Below, in pieces: positions 59,268-64,000 of a stretch of 64,000 nt of DNA (position 1 is the stretch's first letter; each line of letters opens with the position of its first letter). The position numbers and the translations under genes are program-made. The notes under the pieces were generated by a model, which saw nothing but the letters and a program-made list of their open reading frames with translations, was not told the DNA's origin and made no database searches. Origin of the DNA: Enterobacteria phage vB_EcoM_IME341; the sequence record MH051917; one strand, 5' to 3'.

Positions 59268-59946
59268 AAAGTACCATATGTGCTACCAAACTTTAGTATA
59301 CTCGCCTAACGGAACTAGGCGATATTTTGGTAAGCATTCTTCTGATAAAATATCTGACAAGTATGTAGGGTCTGGTAATTACATCTATTATGCAAAAAGA
59401 TTAAAATACCGAATTGAAATAGTCGATAGGACTTTTTTCGATACCGAACAACTTGCTTATGAATTCGAAGAGCTTTTGATAGAAGAGGCTTGGGATAAGT
59501 TTGGTAAAGGTATTCGCTGTATGAATATGAAACCTGGTGGTGAAGGAGGTAGTTGTACTACTCGTTCTCCTGAATCTATTGAAAAGAGTGCGTCGAAAAT
59601 ACGAGGTATTCCAAGGTCTGAATCCACCAAACAAGCCATAAGTGCGGGTCATAAAAGAAATCCATATTCTCATACAGAAGAAGCTAAAAAAGCTATGTCA
59701 TTAGCCAAATTAGGTAAGAAACGTACCAAAGAGGCTAATGAGGCCCATATAGGTAAACATTCACAGCCTAAGCTTTCTATGAGAAGTAAATTATGGGAAT
59801 TTGAAAAGGAAATCCGTGAACTTTGGATAAAGGAAGGAATGCCTAAAAGAAGGAAATTTCAACGCATAATAGTTGAGAATGGATTTCCTGATTTAGATGT
59901 AGGTTATATGGTTAAAACATTTGAAAAGAATTTGGCTAATAAATAG
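59268..59946 (+). mobile_element. free-standing homing-endonuclease gene inserted between uvsY and uvsW
   Basis: Seg-like ORF in an intergenic slot that carries no such gene in the T4 order as recalled. Confidence 0.4.
59278..59946 (+). CDS. Seg-like GIY-YIG homing endonuclease with NUMOD3-type DNA-binding repeats
   Basis: N-terminal CYQTLVYSPNGTRRYFGKH..KYVGSG (GIY-YIG-like); repeated RSESTKQAIS / HTEEAKKAMS elements; start uncertain (track starts at TTG 59248). Confidence 0.5.
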   Translation: MCYQTLVYSPNGTRRYFGKHSSDKISDKYVGSGNYIYYAKRLKYRIEIVDRTFFDTEQLAYEFEELLIEEAWDKFGKGIRCMNMKPGGEGGSCTTRSPESIEKSASKIRGIPRSESTKQAISAGHKRNPYSHTEEAKKAMSLAKLGKKRTKEANEAHIGKHSQPKLSMRSKLWEFEKEIRELWIKEGMPKRRKFQRIIVENGFPDLDVGYMVKTFEKNLANK

Positions 59947-59974
59947 ATATGTAAGTTAAACTAAGGAGACAATC

Positions 59975-60142
59975 ATGTCAGATAAGATTTGCGTTGTCTG
60001 TAAAACTCCAATCGATGCTGCATTGGTTGTTGAAACAGAAAAAGGTCCGGTTCACCCGGGTCCATGCTATAATTACGTTCAAAGCTTGCCGGTTACGGAA
60101 AACACTGAAGAACAGCTGAACGAAACCCAATTATTAATTTAG
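59975..60142 (+). CDS. small Cys-containing protein (55 aa)
   Basis: strong SD taaggagac; CVVCK...GPCYNY suggests a zinc-ribbon-like pair; below track cutoff. Confidence 0.35.
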   Translation: MSDKICVVCKTPIDAALVVETEKGPVHPGPCYNYVQSLPVTENTEEQLNETQLLI

Positions 60143-60172
60143 TCTAGTGTGTATAGCCATTTTATGGTTATT

Positions 60173-60200
60173 GGCCCTTCCGAAAGGTTGGGCCTTTTTT
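60173..60200 (+). terminator. rho-independent terminator between convergent genes
   Basis: ggccc...gggcc hairpin with GAAA inner loop followed by T6. Confidence 0.65.
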
Positions 60201-60202
60201 GT

Positions 60203-60430
60203 TTAGAAATCTTCCTCTTCCTCGTCGTCCATCGACTCCAATTCAGCTCTCTTACCAGCCAATGCATCGCGTACGCTGATATCATCCGAATCACGAAGTT
60301 CGGCTTCCTTACTACGAGTTTTGTAATACTTCTCTAATTCCTCCAGACCTTCCATGGTCTGACACGAACTAATTTTAGACATGAAGCTTTCAATAGATGC
60401 TTCCTGAATAACTTCTTTAAAGGTTTTCAT
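60203..60430 (-). CDS. uvsW.1: UvsW.1 (C-terminal accessory protein of UvsW helicase)
   Basis: 75 aa acidic protein immediately downstream of uvsW (T4 UvsW.1 about 76 aa). Confidence 0.7.
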   Translation of the reverse strand: MKTFKEVIQEASIESFMSKISSCQTMEGLEELEKYYKTRSKEAELRDSDDISVRDALAGKRAELESMDDEEEEDF

Positions 60431-61923
60431 AAATCCACCTGTTTCATTACGTAATTAAATTTCTCATCAGCATAACGTTGAATACGTTCTAAAGCGTGTT
60501 TGAGGGCGTAGTTCAAATGAACATATTTCTTTTTAGCCGTAGCTGATTTAGGCTTAACACCCATGTCGTCGATGATATCCCATACTTGTGCTGTTGATTT
60601 AGAAGCATGTTTACGGAGCACACGACCGATTGTCTGGAGTACAATGATTTTGGATTTTACTGGGTGAGCAAATACAACGTGGTGAAGGTTCTTAACGGAA
60701 ATACCAGTAGAGAACACACCATAACTTGCCACAACAATAATACCCTTACCATTTTCCGCCATTACTTTCAGAGCATTACGCGTTTCGGTATTAACTTCAC
60801 CTGATACGTAATAAACTTCTTTATGTTGCTCTTTAACCATTTCAAAAAGAGTTTTACCGTGTTCGATGTTTTTAAACATCAGGAATACGTTCTCTTCTTT
60901 CTTAGCGAGTTTAACAGCTAAATTAGCAACCCATTTATTACGACGAGTAGCCTTAGTAATGACTTTAATTTCTGATTGGTAATCTTTACCTTTCATCTTA
61001 ACAGTGAATTCGTCTGGGTATCGAAGGAAAATACTGTTGATTTTAAGGTCTGTAACCTGTCCTTCTTCCATTAACTGTGAGGTGGATACCGGCTTAAACA
61101 CATCACCAAACAAACCCATATATTGCATTAAATTAGCTTTACCATCTTTTAAAGAACCAGACAAACCAAATTTAAACATACAGTTGGTTAGGCCTTCGAT
61201 GATAGTAGAAATTGATTTACCTGTAGCCAAATGGCATTCATCGTTCATAAACATACCAAACTGAGCAAACCATTCTTTAGGTTGCTTGATAGCTGTTTGG
61301 TAAGTTGAAACATAAATCATTGCATCCGAATCACGGGCAGTACCTGAACGAATTCCAAGCATTGCGGCTTTAGGGAACAACCGATAATCGATGAAGTCAT
61401 TAATCATCTGGTCAACGAGTGCAGTAGTAGGAACTAAGATAAGAATTTTACCTTCATAGTTCTCAACGTAATATCGACTCAGGAGCGCCTGGATTAATGA
61501 TTTACCTGCGGATGTAGGTAAATTCAGAATTGCGCGACGTTTTGTCAGACCGTTGTATACGGCTTCATTCTGATACCAATGGGGCTCAATCTTGGTAGAC
61601 CCTGAATAAATTTCTTGAGAAGCCACCCATGAATCAAAATCTTCACGTGAAATATCTTCCTGTTCAAGAATACGTGGGTCAATCCACAGAGAGTATTCAA
61701 ATTGTTCAGCGAATTTTTTAATCTGCGGAACCAATCCATAAGGAAGTTTACGGTTATAATCCAGAAGACGAATACGACCATCCCATTGCCCATAACGAAA
61801 TTTAGGGTTGAATTTATATCCATCAGCTTCAAAGCTAAAATAGTCTCTGAGTTCGTAGAATGTGGATTCATCACACTCAATACGAACATGACTAAAATTA
61901 TCGAAATGTACTTGAATTTGCAT
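60427..61923 (-). CDS. uvsW: UvsW DNA/RNA helicase
   Basis: 498 aa; VHF..FSHVRI.C.ESTF.ELRD.FSFEADGY.FNP.FRYG.WDGRIRLLDYNR and helicase motifs (NLPTSAGKS, DECH) match recalled T4 UvsW. Confidence 0.95.
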   Translation of the reverse strand: MQIQVHFDNFSHVRIECDESTFYELRDYFSFEADGYKFNPKFRYGQWDGRIRLLDYNRKLPYGLVPQIKKFAEQFEYSLWIDPRILEQEDISREDFDSWVASQEIYSGSTKIEPHWYQNEAVYNGLTKRRAILNLPTSAGKSLIQALLSRYYVENYEGKILILVPTTALVDQMINDFIDYRLFPKAAMLGIRSGTARDSDAMIYVSTYQTAIKQPKEWFAQFGMFMNDECHLATGKSISTIIEGLTNCMFKFGLSGSLKDGKANLMQYMGLFGDVFKPVSTSQLMEEGQVTDLKINSIFLRYPDEFTVKMKGKDYQSEIKVITKATRRNKWVANLAVKLAKKEENVFLMFKNIEHGKTLFEMVKEQHKEVYYVSGEVNTETRNALKVMAENGKGIIVVASYGVFSTGISVKNLHHVVFAHPVKSKIIVLQTIGRVLRKHASKSTAQVWDIIDDMGVKPKSATAKKKYVHLNYALKHALERIQRYADEKFNYVMKQVDL

Positions 61924-61937
61924 AAGTAATTCTCAGT

Positions 61938-61945
61938 TATAAATA
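61938..61945 (+). promoter_or_regulatory. late promoter TATAAATA upstream of inh
   Basis: tataaata 61938-61945, about 29 nt upstream of ATG 61974. Confidence 0.55.
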
Positions 61946-61951
61946 TAGTTA

Positions 61952-61959
61952 TATTTATA
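61952..61959 (-). promoter_or_regulatory. late promoter TATAAATA upstream of uvsW
   Basis: plus tatttata 61952-61959, about 29 nt upstream of uvsW ATG. Confidence 0.55.
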
Positions 61960-61973
61960 CACTAGAAAAGAGA

Positions 61974-62651
61974 ATGATTATGGACCACCAATATATTGAA
62001 GAGCTTCGTGCACTCGAAGATAAAAAAGAAGCTAAAGCTAAGTTAATCGAATACGGCGAACAGTTCGGTTTAAAACTTAAGAAAACCCGTTCGTTTGATA
62101 ATTTGATTATCGATATCACTGAAGGTCTTAAAGCCCTGGCCGACGAACCACTTCCAGAAACCGAAGGTTTGTCCATTTCTGATTTGATTGATGCTGCTGA
62201 CGAACTTACAGGTTCTAATGAATTTATTGATGGAGCCGAACCTGCTAAAGAAGAAGCAACCCTGTTGTTCGATGCCCCTGAGGCTGTAGTTGAAGTCGTT
62301 GAGGTAGTCGAACTTCCTAAGGTAGAGGTTATTGAAGAGGATGTTCCGTTTGACGAAGAGAAATTCAAAGAGGCTGTAGACAAGGTTGTTGAATTGGAAA
62401 AACCTGTATTCTCTTTACCTGAAAACTTCAGCCCTAATCTTTTGCTTATTGGTAAAAACCCTGGTTACTGTACTGTTCCTTGGTGGATTTATCAATGGAT
62501 TTCTGAGACTCCGGATTGGAAAGAACGTCCGACTGCTTTCCAACATCCTACTGCACACCAAACACTATTCAGCTTGATTTATTACATCAATCGTAATGGG
62601 TCTGTTCTAATACGAGAAACTCGTAACTCATCTTTTGTCACTTTAAAATAA
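61974..62651 (+). CDS. inh: putative Inh (inhibitor of prohead protease)
   Basis: 225 aa between uvsW and hoc, as T4 inh (226 aa); synteny and size only. Confidence 0.45.
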   Translation: MIMDHQYIEELRALEDKKEAKAKLIEYGEQFGLKLKKTRSFDNLIIDITEGLKALADEPLPETEGLSISDLIDAADELTGSNEFIDGAEPAKEEATLLFDAPEAVVEVVEVVELPKVEVIEEDVPFDEEKFKEAVDKVVELEKPVFSLPENFSPNLLLIGKNPGYCTVPWWIYQWISETPDWKERPTAFQHPTAHQTLFSLIYYINRNGSVLIRETRNSSFVTLK

Positions 62652-62660
62652 GGGTTTATT

Positions 62661-64000
62661 ATGGCTTATACCGTAGCTATTGCTCCTTTGGCGGCTACGG
62701 CCGTTATTGGAGCAACAACCAATTTCACTGCAACCGGCTCTGGCGCTGCAGCTGAAGGTGTTGAATCATTTGTATGGACTGTTGATGGCGTTCCACAATC
62801 TTCTGTGACTGCAGCAATGGCTTATGTCGCTGTTGGTCCGGCAGGCAGTAAGACTATTAAAGTTGTTGCAACCACCACTCCGGCAGACGGTGAACCGGAA
62901 ACTGCTGAGGCTGAGACAACTTTAACTGTCCAGAATAAACCAATGCCTGCTATTACATTGACTTTGGACCCTACTTCGGTTTCTAAAGAAGTTGGCCAAT
63001 CTCAAGTTGTTACTGCTAACGTGACGGGCGCGCCTGCCGGTGCAACAATTGCTTATGTTTGGAAACGTAACACTAGTGTAATCTCTGGACAAACTGGTAA
63101 AACTATTACCGTAACCGAAGCGGCAGCAGCAAATTACACTTTAAACTGTGAAGTCACCGTTACTGCACCTGATTATACTTCAGCTACCGCTACTAAAGGT
63201 GCTGCGGTAACTTTTGTTAAGAAAACTATATCAGGTGTTTCTGTTACTTTAACGCCCGCCTCAATTAGTACAGAGAAAGACTCACCTGCACAGTTTAAAG
63301 CGGATGTAGTCGGCGCCCCTTCCGGTGTAAATGCAACTTATTCTTGGAAGAAAAACGGTTCTATTATTCCAGGCGAAAGCAGTAATATTCTTGCTGTTGA
63401 TACGTCTACAATAGGTTCTTACTCTATTGAAGTTTCGGTAGTCCTAACAGGTACGGATTATAATGATTTAACTGTTACCAAAACAGGAAGTGTAACAATT
63501 ACTAAAAAGACTATGGCGGGTGTTTCCGTTAATTTAACGCCTGCTTCTATTACTGTCTCTGAAGGAACCCCAGCTTCTTTTAAAGCCACAGTAGCCGGTG
63601 CGCCTAGTGGTGCTACTTTTGCCTATTCTTGGAAGAAAGACGGTTCACCTGTTGTGGGTACTACAGATACATTAGTAATTGACACAAGCGCCGAAGGTTC
63701 ACAGGTTATTGAAGTTTCTGCTGTTGTTTCGGCGACCGATTATAATCCAGTGACAGTCAAAAAAACAGGTAATGTAACAATTACGGCTAAAGTAGCTCCT
63801 GAACCAGAGGGCGAACTACCTTACGTTCATCCGCTACCAGTTCGTAATTCAGCTTATATTTGGTGTGGTTGGTGGGTTATGGATGAAATCCAGAAAATGA
63901 CTCTTGAAGGCAAAGACTGGAAAACTGACGAACCTGATAGTGAATATTATCTCCATCGTTATACCCTTCAAAAAATGGTAGCCGATTATCCTGAGGTTGA
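62661..64000 (+). CDS. hoc: Hoc outer capsid decoration protein with tandem Ig-like domains (3' end outside window)
   Basis: repeated ~90-aa Ig-like modules (GAPSG.TF.YSWKK.GS...G); capsid-binding region KVAPEPEGELPYVHPLP..SAYIWCGWWVMDEIQKMT.EGKDWKTD matches recalled T4 Hoc; no stop codon before window end. Confidence 0.9.
   Translation, partial: MAYTVAIAPLAATAVIGATTNFTATGSGAAAEGVESFVWTVDGVPQSSVTAAMAYVAVGPAGSKTIKVVATTTPADGEPETAEAETTLTVQNKPMPAITLTLDPTSVSKEVGQSQVVTANVTGAPAGATIAYVWKRNTSVISGQTGKTITVTEAAAANYTLNCEVTVTAPDYTSATATKGAAVTFVKKTISGVSVTLTPASISTEKDSPAQFKADVVGAPSGVNATYSWKKNGSIIPGESSNILAVDTSTIGSYSIEVSVVLTGTDYNDLTVTKTGSVTITKKTMAGVSVNLTPASITVSEGTPASFKATVAGAPSGATFAYSWKKDGSPVVGTTDTLVIDTSAEGSQVIEVSAVVSATDYNPVTVKKTGNVTITAKVAPEPEGELPYVHPLPVRNSAYIWCGWWVMDEIQKMTLEGKDWKTDEPDSEYYLHRYTLQKMVADYPEV

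Overview
This window reads as a contiguous segment of a T4-like (T-even, Tevenvirinae) myovirus genome, collinear with phage T4 from rIIA through hoc. No search tools were available: every identification rests on recalled T4 protein sequences, motifs and gene order, and start codons were refined by hand from the ORF track. Plus-strand content runs rIIA, rIIB, ndd, stp, topoisomerase gp52, motA, asiA, then rnh, dsbA, 33, 59, 32, frd, td, nrdA, nrdB, denA, rnlA, spanins, pseT, cd, 31, rIII, DNA ligase 30, two tandem alt genes, then 26, 25, uvsY, inh and hoc (truncated at the window end). Minus-strand content is holin t, the long tail fibre block 38-37-36-35-34, baseplate hub genes 51-27-28-29-48-54 and uvsW.1/uvsW. 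Regulatory signals are abundant: about 18 early promoters (GTTTAC-N17/18-TAtAAT), many with the -10 inside a short stem-loop; several MotA-box middle promoters; TATAAATA late promoters; and UUCG-tetraloop terminators. Nothing here looks like a wholly foreign system. The most interesting accessory features are the stem-loop promoter cassettes (one exactly duplicated), a NADAR-like plus HAD phosphatase pair upstream of ligase together with two full-length Alt ADP-ribosyltransferases, a Seg-like GIY-YIG homing endonuclease between uvsY and uvsW, a T2-type gp37 with a C-terminal chaperone domain next to a glycine-rich gp38 adhesin, intron-less td and nrdB, and a structured region with a small basic ORF downstream of rIII.
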